Of a DNA stretch of 47,256 nt, positions 29,901 through 40,400 are shown in pieces. The notes under the pieces were generated by a model. The model made no database searches. It was not told the origin of the DNA and saw nothing but the letters and a program-made list of their open reading frames with translations. Positions within the stretch are counted from its first letter, which is position 1. Each line of letters starts with the position of its first letter. This DNA is from a virus (Duplodnaviria > Heunggongvirae > Uroviricota > Caudoviricetes): the IMG/VR virus record IMGVR_UViG_3300042563_001894. The stretch is one strand, 5' to 3'. Made by a program: the position numbers and the translations under genes.

Positions 29901-32602
29901 GACATCAAAATGAAAGTGATGTTGAGATTAGTGGTTACTATAGAATGAATATTCCGATTCAGGGTAAATTTTTAAATATTAGTCACGATGGTAATGAAAG
30001 GGCGGTTACAACACCATTACCTGCTTGGACACCATTACCAACTGGTAGCACACCAAATTATGTGACAGGGGCTACTTGGGTAGGTGGAATCCAACCAACG
30101 GTAGGTGGAAATATTAATACTGAAACAGGGTACGCTATTGGACAAAATTTATATTTTAACTCATTTTCTTATTGTCCTAATCAAAAAGAAACTTGGCAAT
30201 TTGTTACAGGTTATACTCAGGGAGTGACAGCGTCTACTTGGACGCAAATGACATCTAGATTCTCAGGGTTTAATTCAAACTTAATTAGTTATTATTCTAA
30301 CTTAGATAATCGTTCACTATTTTACGCACCAAGTTGTAAAAACGCACAACCTTTACGTGGGACAACTCAAACAAGTGATGATTCACTATCAAATGGAGCT
30401 TATCCGAATACACCTACCGTAAGTAATGGTGCAAGTTCTTCACCATTTGGTTTACGAATAAGTTTAAATAATGATTTTACTAAAGCGTATACATACACTC
30501 CTTATGGGATGATAAGGGATTTTAATGGTTACTGTTATATGCAGGTACCTACTCCAGATAATCCAAGTGTCTATAATGTGACAGGTAGGACTGAAGGATA
30601 TATTCCTAATGAGATTGTTGAGGGAGCATCAATGATGCTCATGGACATTCAATATTTAAGAATTTCCCTTAATTTCGACCCATCCGATACTCCATATTGG
30701 TATCAGTACGGTGATTATCGATTTCCTCCAACTCGAGTTTTAACGTATTATTATTCACCAATCTATAGTACGGGAAATACTATGAATTTTACATTAGGTA
30801 GGGTTGGTTCTTATTCTGGTGCTAGTAATAATCAAATTGTTATGAGAGGCGATAGATTACCGACAGGGACTGTTGTTGAGGAATACTGTTGTAATGGACG
30901 TGTTTTACAAAAAAACAGTAAATTAACGTTGTATTTAATACCTTCGACAGGTGTAATCGGGATAAATTCAATAGCGGGGTCAACAGGGTCTTTTGGTAAC
31001 GGGTCTTTAGATGATGTTAGGGAAGATTTAGTTGGTTCTCCAAAAATAAATCGAGTTATAAACACTTTTACCTGTGCTGGTTCCGTTAATTTGGACTGTT
31101 ATGGTTGTACTCCAAGTCCTGTAAATAGTACTATATTCGTAAGACCGAGAGGTGGTGATTGTCTCCAATATGAGGGTGAAACGATTTTTGTGGGTGGATG
31201 TTATGTCTTTATTACAACAATATTTATTTCTTTATTTAGAGATTGGGAATTAATGTTTGAATGGATTGCTCGAAATATGGTGATGCTTGGTGCGTGTAGA
31301 AATGTGTTTTCTCACAGATTTAATAATAATTGGGTGAATGGAGTATTATATGCTTTTCCATTTAAAAATGAGATTAGTGGGTTTAGTTCTCCAACATCAA
31401 ATCCACCAAACTTTCCGCAAGGAAAGAAATGTAATAGTGTTATTATGTATCATAATCCATCTAGAAGTTTTTATTATAGATGTTCACCTTATGACTCCAA
31501 TTCAGGTGAATTTAGTGCTGACCTAAAGTATCCAACAACAATTATGGATTTGGGTCCTAGAGCGGACTTTTTACAAGAATTGGTGATGTCTGACGAGTAT
31601 GACGGATACTTGGTTAATAAGTTAACAAGTTCAACGTATTCTCACGTTGATGAAATCCTTAATTTATTTATTATAAGTAGATTTATGGATAATAACTTTT
31701 TAAATAATTTGTTAGGGGCGTTTAACATATTTGCGTATTTTCAAAATAGTAGAAAAGGGAAATATTTAATTGATGCTGATTACTCTCAATTAATTTCAAT
31801 TAATTCTGAATTAGGTGTTGCAGCATTCCAATCGTCGAATTATCCTGATGCACCAACAACGGTAGGTGCGGGTGGTTTTGTAACAGGTATTCGATATAAA
31901 ATTTTGTCGGGTGGAACGGCTTCTAACCCAACAGATTTTACGTCGATTGGAGCACCTCCGGGATACGTTGCGGGAACAACAACATTTATCGCAACAGGTC
32001 CCGGAACAGGTACAGGAACAGCATTGGTTGACCCTGGTATTCAAAACCCTATTTTCTTTGATTGTAAGAATTCTTTGGGAATATTCTTTTCATCGGATAC
32101 TCAAATTAGAGATTATGTTTCACCAAAAAGAACAATAATAAATCCAACAGGGACAACATCAAGTATTTGTACATTTAATAATTTTACAGTTTATTCTCAA
32201 GAAGTTCCATTATCACAATGGAGAATTGATGGTGGTGGTGAGCATGCGGGAAGTATTTTTGGTGGTGAATCAAATGATTGGGATTTTCAAACAATTTTTT
32301 CTTCAAAATATCAATCTTTGGATAGGTTATTACCGGTATCTAGATATTTTAGAACTACTAATCAGTCACAAAATGACTTTTTTAAAGGTTACATATACGC
32401 AGTCACTAATGGGAATAGTTTACCAACTTACCAAAATAACTCAATAACTGCAAAACCACAATATTGGAGTCAAAATACTCCTGAAACAGATTTGATTACT
32501 GTCGGAGCGCCATTTCACTTTTATTTTGGACTTAGAAGAGGAGCGTCGGCATTTGATAGATTTAGAACAAAATGGATAAACACTAGTAACGTTATAAATT
32601 AA
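26948..32602 (+). CDS. Large putative baseplate/structural protein with prealbumin-like (carboxypeptidase-regulatory-like) N-domain and hydrophobic multi-helix block (1884 aa)
   Basis: GRVSVNNGFGVPNAKVSIF...TNDSGDYMIFGVPVG pattern; about 95-aa hydrophobic stretch at ~28375-28670; located in the baseplate cluster. Confidence 0.6.
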   Translation: MSKSYRIRTKVGVDTSVKVLIDQEFEHLEILSLKILQTDIYTRQCADYGVIVGRVSVNNGFGVPNAKVSIFIPLDSKDQADPIISELYPYKSLLDNNDDGYRYNLLPYKPSYSAHVPTGTFFTRTDVLTNPTLIEVYDKYYKYNAVTNDSGDYMIFGVPVGAHLIVLDVDLSDIGEFSLSPQDLIRMGLATEAQVSGTNFKSSNNLRELPQIVSVNRSIEVEPLWGQPEICNLGITRTDFDLSSEANVDIRPTSIFMGSIISDSDTNALKSNCKPTNRSGYQCSLTTGPGEILAIRQTIQQDSNGLPILENFSLEGGGKVIDENGTWLVDVPMNMDYYVTNEFGEQVLSNDPEVGIPTKAKYRFKVKWSQSPSLSDLTKRAYFLVPNIREYSSNQFESYAFSVDWNDYGNTQMIQDAINCDDKFYIMQYNKVYTVSEFIYNHRGGSGSERYVGIKNILEESCETENNKFPTNDGNFRFDILYIIFMFFSIILTPVFFALILVMHILYFVVWLLRLIVIPGLIVWCAISIINYGILILGCVPYALGMIAGYLAMIVIYIILGLLLAYILRLLWKLDLKGIKVPILTYPDCDLCSCEQGQSVNENPDPDGNDEDEENELVPCPTISSDPKPISPLNAGLISVPLSTFATFKLPSFNAETNPNGFPGQRKVIFANDFAGYQFDNQYGSSTIGAPYLQSEVIAVGEGGDSTSFAYDWFTNALPMADRINLFNVKAKYFNSGTTNPGGGVNRINVTFDEARNPGKFHKDNTIVILCDKSTARRLVAGEMLAFQNPTFSKDPNLTGGIKNIFNNNAITGTTYTGDTTVTVNYAHPNGISSMLSTTYDVRVFDDAGPYSAKTTTNTHKFPIDIEYFQVITAMTYSNFSGQCVNTLPNSLNKKYFRNESTLFQLFSTINGGRRDWTGTIFNPNCYYRPNGNTHPDPIPFGVQKYDSMNYVRNRNENVVVILNRGVDPYTSKIPIKYGIGKLFGHQNESDVEISGYYRMNIPIQGKFLNISHDGNERAVTTPLPAWTPLPTGSTPNYVTGATWVGGIQPTVGGNINTETGYAIGQNLYFNSFSYCPNQKETWQFVTGYTQGVTASTWTQMTSRFSGFNSNLISYYSNLDNRSLFYAPSCKNAQPLRGTTQTSDDSLSNGAYPNTPTVSNGASSSPFGLRISLNNDFTKAYTYTPYGMIRDFNGYCYMQVPTPDNPSVYNVTGRTEGYIPNEIVEGASMMLMDIQYLRISLNFDPSDTPYWYQYGDYRFPPTRVLTYYYSPIYSTGNTMNFTLGRVGSYSGASNNQIVMRGDRLPTGTVVEEYCCNGRVLQKNSKLTLYLIPSTGVIGINSIAGSTGSFGNGSLDDVREDLVGSPKINRVINTFTCAGSVNLDCYGCTPSPVNSTIFVRPRGGDCLQYEGETIFVGGCYVFITTIFISLFRDWELMFEWIARNMVMLGACRNVFSHRFNNNWVNGVLYAFPFKNEISGFSSPTSNPPNFPQGKKCNSVIMYHNPSRSFYYRCSPYDSNSGEFSADLKYPTTIMDLGPRADFLQELVMSDEYDGYLVNKLTSSTYSHVDEILNLFIISRFMDNNFLNNLLGAFNIFAYFQNSRKGKYLIDADYSQLISINSELGVAAFQSSNYPDAPTTVGAGGFVTGIRYKILSGGTASNPTDFTSIGAPPGYVAGTTTFIATGPGTGTGTALVDPGIQNPIFFDCKNSLGIFFSSDTQIRDYVSPKRTIINPTGTTSSICTFNNFTVYSQEVPLSQWRIDGGGEHAGSIFGGESNDWDFQTIFSSKYQSLDRLLPVSRYFRTTNQSQNDFFKGYIYAVTNGNSLPTYQNNSITAKPQYWSQNTPETDLITVGAPFHFYFGLRRGASAFDRFRTKWINTSNVIN

Positions 32603-32603
32603 G

Positions 32604-34481
32604 ATGGATGATATAAGAATAGTATTAGGGTCGTTAAGGTATAAAACGTCGACGGACACTAATTTATCGATACCAACACCATTGGTTCAAAACACAAAAA
32701 ATCTTGAAGAATTTGATAGGAGTATTGATGTTAATTTAGTTCAAATATTTAACGATGAAAGGCAAAAATCGACAACATTTAGACCGGTTTGTAAGTTTCA
32801 AGTGTTATTTAATAACTCATATACGGGTTCAACAAATTATGAACCATTAGAAAATAATTTATATTACATTAATGAAACTGCGTTAACTTTAAGACAATGT
32901 GGGGCGTTGTCTACCTCAGTAAGTTGGGAAGGATTTCCCCAATATGATGAGTTTGATTTTATTAGAAGTGATTACAATGTTTCGGGATACACGGTTCCAA
33001 TACCATCAACAATTCCAAATGGACAACCACAGGTTCACGTTGATTTTGTCGCTAGAAGTGCTTCAACCTATAATTGGAATCATTTTGTTAGTTATCCATA
33101 TAAGAACATAGATAAGGTTATGAATTTTTATGATGGTACCGGGTCTAATGTTCCTACTTTTGTTTGGAATGCTGTTGATGGGATTCCTTTTATAATTAAT
33201 AGTAAGGATAATGACGGTAATGATATTATGGAGGGAGGGAACCCTATAATTCAATTTAGATGTCCCGTTAAACACGGATTATCGGAATCTGAATTTGTAA
33301 AAATAAAATTAAATAATGGGTATGTTAATACATATCAAGTATTTTCTTTTGGAGACGGTTTGCCGGGAACTAATGAGTATATCTTTAACATATTTAATAT
33401 CGGATACGGGTCTTCAATTTTTGTGGATGACCAAACTACAGGAACATTTAAAAGAGTTATAAATTATGAAAACCCTAATGATACTACATCCAAATATTAT
33501 GTGATTCAACATAAAATAATTACAGATGTTAATGACGCTGTTTTAGTTAATGCCGGGTTTGAAAAAAATATATTTGGGACTAAAAAGAAATTTGAAAGTC
33601 CTGTTTATACACCAAATAATGTAAAGAGAGTTTCAATTAAAGAAAATGCTCAATCATATACTTTATCGTTTAATAAAGATATTGATGTTAGTGAGTTGCG
33701 TGACAATCAAAAACGACCAATTAGTGAGTTATATATTACAACAATTTGGAAAGGGTATTTTGGATTAACTTTTGGGGGTGTTGATAGTAATGGTAATGAT
33801 GTGGGATTAAAACAGGGGTTTGATTTTAATTTACCACCGGATACTCAGTTTAATAACCCACAAACTTGGTGGGATGTGGATACGGTAGAATCAAATTTTG
33901 TGGATTCAAATAATAACGCATATCCAACGGGGTATTATAACACACCTTATGGTGGTAATGTGAATGGAATAAATATTGATTTCACATATCTTAAATCACT
34001 TAAAAGTGGTGACACAATAAATGGTAATTACTGTGAGTGGAATGATTATGAACAAAAAGAAAGAGTTATTTCTGAAATGTATCATAAGTTTACATTTAAT
34101 ACTGATGTGTTTGATATGAGTTTGGTAGATATGAATAATAATCAATTTGGTTATTACTACAAACCAAATAGACGAATGAAAATAAGAGGGTTTTCTGATT
34201 ATATAGAAACAGGTAGCATTAACAATATGGTGGGTGTTCCGGATTACTCATATTTTTCAACAACATACAATTCATTTATTTGGAGAGATTTATATACCTA
34301 TGGTTTTAATGATGGTCTCGGTAATGGTGTTGATTATCCATTTTTAAATGGAAAACATTATCCATATGAAAATTTTATTTTTAGAATAATACCGGAAGGA
34401 ACTAATTATATAGAAAGTACTTTAAATAATTACGCAACTCTTTATGGAGCTGCTCAACCAACAAAAGACGATTGTGAATAA
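32604..34481 (+). CDS. Putative structural protein (625 aa)
   Basis: Long ORF, 1-nt gap after the previous gene, Asn/Tyr/Phe-rich beta-like composition; no family recognised. Confidence 0.7.
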   Translation: MDDIRIVLGSLRYKTSTDTNLSIPTPLVQNTKNLEEFDRSIDVNLVQIFNDERQKSTTFRPVCKFQVLFNNSYTGSTNYEPLENNLYYINETALTLRQCGALSTSVSWEGFPQYDEFDFIRSDYNVSGYTVPIPSTIPNGQPQVHVDFVARSASTYNWNHFVSYPYKNIDKVMNFYDGTGSNVPTFVWNAVDGIPFIINSKDNDGNDIMEGGNPIIQFRCPVKHGLSESEFVKIKLNNGYVNTYQVFSFGDGLPGTNEYIFNIFNIGYGSSIFVDDQTTGTFKRVINYENPNDTTSKYYVIQHKIITDVNDAVLVNAGFEKNIFGTKKKFESPVYTPNNVKRVSIKENAQSYTLSFNKDIDVSELRDNQKRPISELYITTIWKGYFGLTFGGVDSNGNDVGLKQGFDFNLPPDTQFNNPQTWWDVDTVESNFVDSNNNAYPTGYYNTPYGGNVNGINIDFTYLKSLKSGDTINGNYCEWNDYEQKERVISEMYHKFTFNTDVFDMSLVDMNNNQFGYYYKPNRRMKIRGFSDYIETGSINNMVGVPDYSYFSTTYNSFIWRDLYTYGFNDGLGNGVDYPFLNGKHYPYENFIFRIIPEGTNYIESTLNNYATLYGAAQPTKDDCE

Positions 34482-35322
34482 TAACAGTTATAAATTTACC
34501 TTACCAAAAGGTGACGACAAATATATCAATATACCGATTGAAATTAAATGGGATTTTCTTGGGCAAGGTGATGCCGTTGAAGAATATCAACAAAATGTTG
34601 TTGAGGATATTGTTGGATTTCCGGGGGATTTTGAAGTATTAAGATTTGCTCACGCACCGTATAGTAGTGATACAAAAACGGATATTAAATACGATTTTCA
34701 TTTTTTTAGTGACTTACAGTTGGATTCAAATGGTAATTTAGTTCCAACGGTTCCTGTTAATCCATCTTCGTTAGTAACAACTGCTCCGTCAAGTTATTGG
34801 GTGACTAGTTATGTTCCGGAAGGATTTACCATAAGTGAAATATATTATTATGTAAAACCATTTACTAAATCTTTCTTTAAATTGGATTTTTATGATAGTA
34901 AAGATACTATCACTCAAACTAATTATTTTACAGTGATATTACCTGTGCAACAAGGGTTTACGGTAACAGAAGTTGTGAGTTCGTATAAACCTTCAGTTCA
35001 AATTAAAATACCATCATTTAAGTTAGATTATGTGGGTGACAAAGAAGGGTTCTTTCTATATTGGTTAAGAAATAAAAAATTCTTAGACATTAGTAAATTT
35101 TATATGACAGCAAAATTTTTTGATGCTAGATTGGGTGTTTTTGTTAAAATGACAAATACACCACAAAGTAATATTACATCAAAATTTATGTTTGACCCTG
35201 AGATTTATTTTTATTATGAGGTAAGGTTAAATTATAATGAAAAAACATATGAAGTTTGGGATAATAGTGTAAGAAGAGGAACATCAGTTCCAATAAAATG
35301 GTATGAATATATAAATCCATAA
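34474..35322 (+). CDS. Putative structural protein (~282 aa)
   Basis: ORF track start is 34444. In-frame GTG 34474 gives a short overlap with the upstream stop (GTGAATAA) and is preferred. Confidence 0.7.
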   Translation: MNNNSYKFTLPKGDDKYINIPIEIKWDFLGQGDAVEEYQQNVVEDIVGFPGDFEVLRFAHAPYSSDTKTDIKYDFHFFSDLQLDSNGNLVPTVPVNPSSLVTTAPSSYWVTSYVPEGFTISEIYYYVKPFTKSFFKLDFYDSKDTITQTNYFTVILPVQQGFTVTEVVSSYKPSVQIKIPSFKLDYVGDKEGFFLYWLRNKKFLDISKFYMTAKFFDARLGVFVKMTNTPQSNITSKFMFDPEIYFYYEVRLNYNEKTYEVWDNSVRRGTSVPIKWYEYINP

Positions 35323-35323
35323 T

Positions 35324-36520
35324 ATGACAGAAAGAGATTATCATATTAAAATATCACCGGAATTTATTAGTGGAGACATTTTTAAAGTTAATTATAATGC
35401 TGGAACTATAACGGGGTCAGGTATTGTTAATAAGTGTTGTATTATTCCTGCAGAAACCTTTAAAATTGATTTAGTGGGGGCATCTTACATTTATTCGTCA
35501 ATGACAGAAGTCTTGTCAGGAGGTACAAACACTACTAATATTTCGTCGGCGACAACCAAATCAGGTACTTCTTTATTAACCGGATTAACTATCCCAATTT
35601 TATTAACAGAAACTGTGACAGACATAGGATATTATTCTGTATTTGATGGTATGGTGTTACAACAAGAAACTATGACGAATTTTATCTTTTCGGGCAATAG
35701 TTCAAACTCAAAAAGGTGTTATGTTTATAATACATCGGATATTGAGTTTAAAAAGTATTTGGAGTTTTCTACATACAAGATTGATTGGGGTGATGGGCAA
35801 GTTAGTGCGGTAACATCAACATCAATGTACCATGATTATGCTAATAATACGGCATATACAATCACTATGTCAGGTATGAGCCCTTGGGGGACAAATGTAA
35901 TAACAAAAACGGTTAACACACCATTCACGGGTGTAACAATAACAAATCCTAAAGGGGTTGCTTATTTTAAACCTGCGGGTGGTAATTGGTCAAATACGTT
36001 ATTATCGTATGATTATATATTCAGTGGAGATTCAAGTTGTGGTGCAACATTAAATGATATTAATTTATTTAACCCAATAACATCAATTCCATTTTTAATA
36101 ACGGGATATACAATGTCATCGTTAAGTGATTTAAAACAATATGGAACGACTCAATATATACCTAATCAATGGGTGACGGGTAATACTGGTACGATTGGTA
36201 AATATTCAGGAGTAAGTTCAAATGGTTTATATACCGCCTATACAATTAATGATATTGATTACTATGATTATTCAAATGGGACAACAATTTTTGTTGTAAA
36301 ATCTTCGGGTTTAACTTCTGATATGTTAGTTTGTGAAAAAATAGTAAAAAATGATTTATTAATGAATATAATTGATGAAGCAGAAGTACAATCCAACATA
36401 TTTATAGAACGAGGGAAGAACTCAGCACTTGAGAGAGTTGAAAGATTGGGTGAGGTTGACAACGTAGGTGATTTAGTCAAATACGGATATAAATTTTTTA
36501 ATGTAAATAATAGTATATAA
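35324..36520 (+). CDS. Putative structural protein with PKD-like domain (398 aa)
   Basis: YKIDWGDGQVSAV...YHDYANNTAYTITMSG resembles the PKD W..GDG signature; 1-nt gaps on both sides. Confidence 0.6.
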   Translation: MTERDYHIKISPEFISGDIFKVNYNAGTITGSGIVNKCCIIPAETFKIDLVGASYIYSSMTEVLSGGTNTTNISSATTKSGTSLLTGLTIPILLTETVTDIGYYSVFDGMVLQQETMTNFIFSGNSSNSKRCYVYNTSDIEFKKYLEFSTYKIDWGDGQVSAVTSTSMYHDYANNTAYTITMSGMSPWGTNVITKTVNTPFTGVTITNPKGVAYFKPAGGNWSNTLLSYDYIFSGDSSCGATLNDINLFNPITSIPFLITGYTMSSLSDLKQYGTTQYIPNQWVTGNTGTIGKYSGVSSNGLYTAYTINDIDYYDYSNGTTIFVVKSSGLTSDMLVCEKIVKNDLLMNIIDEAEVQSNIFIERGKNSALERVERLGEVDNVGDLVKYGYKFFNVNNSI

Positions 36521-36521
36521 T

Positions 36522-37430
36522 ATGGCTACAGGAACATATGGGACAATAAGACCGGCTGACGTAAGTCCGGAAGATGTTGAGATAATTTTAAATTATACTC
36601 CATCAAGAGATGAAACAGATAATTTTGTTTTAACAAAATTGGATGCGAAGTCTATTTTAAGACCTTATTATAATAATGATACTACAGGTGTGAATAATGG
36701 TATTGAGATATTAGGTGGTTTATATAATTTAAAATTACCTGCTGAACAATTTAATCAAATTGGGATTTATACGATTTTTATTAGACCTGCTCAAATAAGA
36801 ACAACAATATTAGATTGTGGTGTTTTATCGGCACTTCCTAATGTTAAAGGATTAATTTTTGATTTAAATTCTGTTCCATCTACTTATAGAAACAAATTTG
36901 TTAGTCAAGGGTTAGTTGGTTTTAGAATTGAATATCTAAATGCTGATGGGACAAAGATACCTAATTTCTTTAGAATTATTACCTCATCATTCTTTTGTGA
37001 ACCGGTTGTTCAAAACTTAACAAATTCATCTCAAAAGGCTATTAGATATCGATATACAGATAATAACACTAATTTATTGTTTTGTACATTAACACCATCT
37101 TCGGCACCAACAAATAAGCCAAACGCCACACCATATATTGGTCAACCAAATCAAAATGTTATTATAACAAATACTTTCTTTAATCCAATAACTTTGGATA
37201 TTGAAATTGGAGAACACGATTTCTCAACATTGGCTATTGCTTTATATGGTAATCAAACTAAATCTATTGATGATGGTGTGTATACACTATACGATAATGC
37301 TAATAACATATACAAACAATACAACTTATATGAGATTAGAGACCAATTTAACGAGTTATTATATGAAGTTAGACAAGACAGAGGGAATAACATAGATTTT
37401 AGTAAAAACTTTACAAATATAACCCAATAA
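36522..37430 (+). CDS. Putative structural protein (302 aa)
   Basis: Coupled ORF (TAATG overlap with next gene); no family recognised. Confidence 0.7.
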   Translation: MATGTYGTIRPADVSPEDVEIILNYTPSRDETDNFVLTKLDAKSILRPYYNNDTTGVNNGIEILGGLYNLKLPAEQFNQIGIYTIFIRPAQIRTTILDCGVLSALPNVKGLIFDLNSVPSTYRNKFVSQGLVGFRIEYLNADGTKIPNFFRIITSSFFCEPVVQNLTNSSQKAIRYRYTDNNTNLLFCTLTPSSAPTNKPNATPYIGQPNQNVIITNTFFNPITLDIEIGEHDFSTLAIALYGNQTKSIDDGVYTLYDNANNIYKQYNLYEIRDQFNELLYEVRQDRGNNIDFSKNFTNITQ

Positions 37431-40400
37431 TGGCAATAGAAAAATTTACGTGTCCACCACAGACAGCATCCGGTGCAGGTACATTCTCCGATAATTTAGT
37501 TGGATTCCAACTTGTTGCGGGGGGTGGATTGACGCAAGGAAATTTTGAGTTCACTAGAGGAGTTAAGGAAAAATCAAATAGAACTTTTACAACAGGAGCA
37601 TTCTCAAACCCTATTAACTTAGATAGTATGGGGGTTAATAGTGTTGTTCAATCAAAGGTGATATTTGAAAACAATTTTAAAGTTTATCCTAATTTTGATT
37701 TAACTGAAGTAACTAATTTTACATCATACGGTTCAATGGTTAAAAGAATTTCAACATCGGTTGAAATGATTATTAGTAAATTTCCGGCAGCGTTGGAGGT
37801 TACTTTTATGGATGAAAACTATTTAACCGGAGCTACTGCGACAAACATTTCATATAATCCAATAGTTAATGAAACAAGTATTGATTTAGATATTTCAAGA
37901 ATTAGAAACCCTTTTGATATTGATTTTACTGTTAACGCAACTAGAAATTTAGAACTAAGAGAGATTCAAGTTTCTCCTTTAAGAAATATGACAAATCAAT
38001 TTGCCAAATACTCCTTATATTATGGTGGTGTTGGATTTGATGTTACTCATATTGAGCCAACAACGTCATCAACTACAGGAACCCTTAGAATATACCTTAA
38101 AGGTGATGTTTTTCCGGGTCAAACTCAGACACAAGATGATTTAGTTATTAGACCAAATGATTATCAGGTTAATAGAGTTCTTAATGAGGATTTGGATGAA
38201 GTTCAACGATTTTTATTAAATAGAAATGTTGTTCCTATTTATACAGCAACTTTCCAAGTTCCAAATGAAAACGATGATGGAACTTTTTATATTCAAAATA
38301 AGTTAGTGACTTGGCCGTTATATGGTAATTGGAATTTGGATATATTAACCAATTCCTTTACAATATATTTAACAACATTAAATGAGATTAGTTTGTCTTT
38401 TGATGGATATCAAACAAATCTTGTTTCAAGATTTTTAACAACTGATTCACTTAAAGAATTTGACACCTCTGACCAAAAAATTGAAAAAATATTACAAATT
38501 TACGGTAGAAGTTTTGATGAAACTAAGAAATTCATTAATGGTTTAGCTTATATGAATTCGGTGAATTATAACACCGGAAACGATATTCCGTCTCAATTAC
38601 TAAAAAATTTATCACAAACATTAGGTTGGGCGACAAATATGTCCCCAATTACTAACGAGGACTTTTTAGGTTCGGTATTTGGTCAAAAGAATGTTGATAA
38701 ATCCGCTTTTAGTGGTGTAGGACAGTCTCAAACGCCTGACGAGTTAAACTACCAATATTATAAGAATTTAGTTCTTAATTCCGCCTATTTGTTTAAATCA
38801 AAAGGGACTAGAAAATCCATAGAAACTTTAATGAGGTTAATTGGTGCTCCGGACGCTTTAATTGATTTTAATGAGTATGTTTGTTTAGCTGACCAAAGAA
38901 TTAATATGTCAGAGTTCGACTCTCAATATGCTAAAATATCGGGTGGAACATATTCTAAAACATTACCGACATTAGAGAGTGGATATACATTCAATATACA
39001 AGGGGTTCAATATTCTGGTTTTACAACAACATCAGTTCTTCAAGAAGTTGATTTAAGTAAAGGAGATTATCCAATTAGTGATAGTGGATATCCTATGTCA
39101 CCGGGTAATTCTGAAACATATTTTTATCAGATGGGTGCTGGTTGGTTTGAATCAACACCAAAACATAGGTCATTAGAACAACCGGATTTAACTAATAGTG
39201 TGTTCACAGGTTCAAATCCTAATTATCAAACAAAATTAGCTCCATTTACTTATGGGCAAGAATATTTGAATGTATATAAATCATTCCCATTTACTGATTT
39301 AGGTTATAACATAAGAACAGCCGTAGATAACAATAAAACGTGGGTTGATAGTGAAATTGGGGATAGAAATAATTTAGATGGTGGGTATAACGCATTATAT
39401 AATGTTGGGGCAGAAGGTTTAGTTATTAATGTTAAAAATATTGATTTATACTTAAACCCCTCTCAAGGATTATCTTACGATGTTTGGTATATGTCAAGAC
39501 AATACAACTTCCCAATTAATAATCAAGGTTTGGGTTATGTTGCACCAACAAGATGTAACCCTAATCCGGTATCGTCTTATCCACATAACGGTGGTGTTGA
39601 CTCAACCCTTATTAATCCCCAACCAAGGAAAGAAACCTTTTTTGAGTTTGCTCAAACATTTTGGAAAAACACAATTAATGTTAGAAATAGACAATTTGCA
39701 ACAGATGGTGGAACAAGTGGATATCCAACGTTATCATCAATATATTGGAATTATTTACAATCAGAATCTTTAGCTGGAATTCCAAATGATAACTTCACAT
39801 ACAAAACAATGATTGAGTATGTTGAAGGTATGGGTGATTATTGGATTAGATTAGTTGAACAAATGATTCCGGCAACTACAATTTGGAATACGGGTGTTAA
39901 ATTAGAGAATTCTATTTTTCATAGACAAAAATTTGTTTGGAGAAGACAAAGAGGGTGTGCGTTGGTACCAATTATTTGTAAACCTTGTAAATTCACGGGT
40001 AGTGTTTATCAACTTAATTGTGATGTTTGGTATACCTTATGTAATCGATATCCGGAAAATGTAATGGAATTTGATAGTTTTAGTGGTGTTTTTAGTGATG
40101 TTATTAATCAGTGGGAAACCGATAATGGAATAGATGTTGGGTCGTGTTATAGAGACGGAACAATTGTTAGTGAATGGTTTGTTGACATAAGTATAAATGG
40201 AACTAATATTATTCAAGATGTGTTCTTTGATGGGGTAGGATACTCAAACCCGGTTGGTTACCTTTGTAGTGATGCGATGCCTTGTGTATCTGCATGGGAA
40301 ACAGCGTTAAATAATAGTCTTTCTACTTTAATATTAATGGGGTATGATTATCGTTATGAACGTTCAGTTAATGATGAAATAGGTTCACCACCAACAAAAG

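Noticed and set aside
34444-34473. ORF-track start of the 292-aa gene
   Set aside because: It would overlap the upstream gene by 38 nt; GTG 34474 gives the tight coupling typical of this operon.
8710-37530. Homopolymer tracts as phase-variation switches (e.g. A-run near 8716, G-runs near 27892 and 37519)
   Set aside because: Runs are short, in frame and expected in AT-rich or Gly-coding DNA; no broken ORFs.
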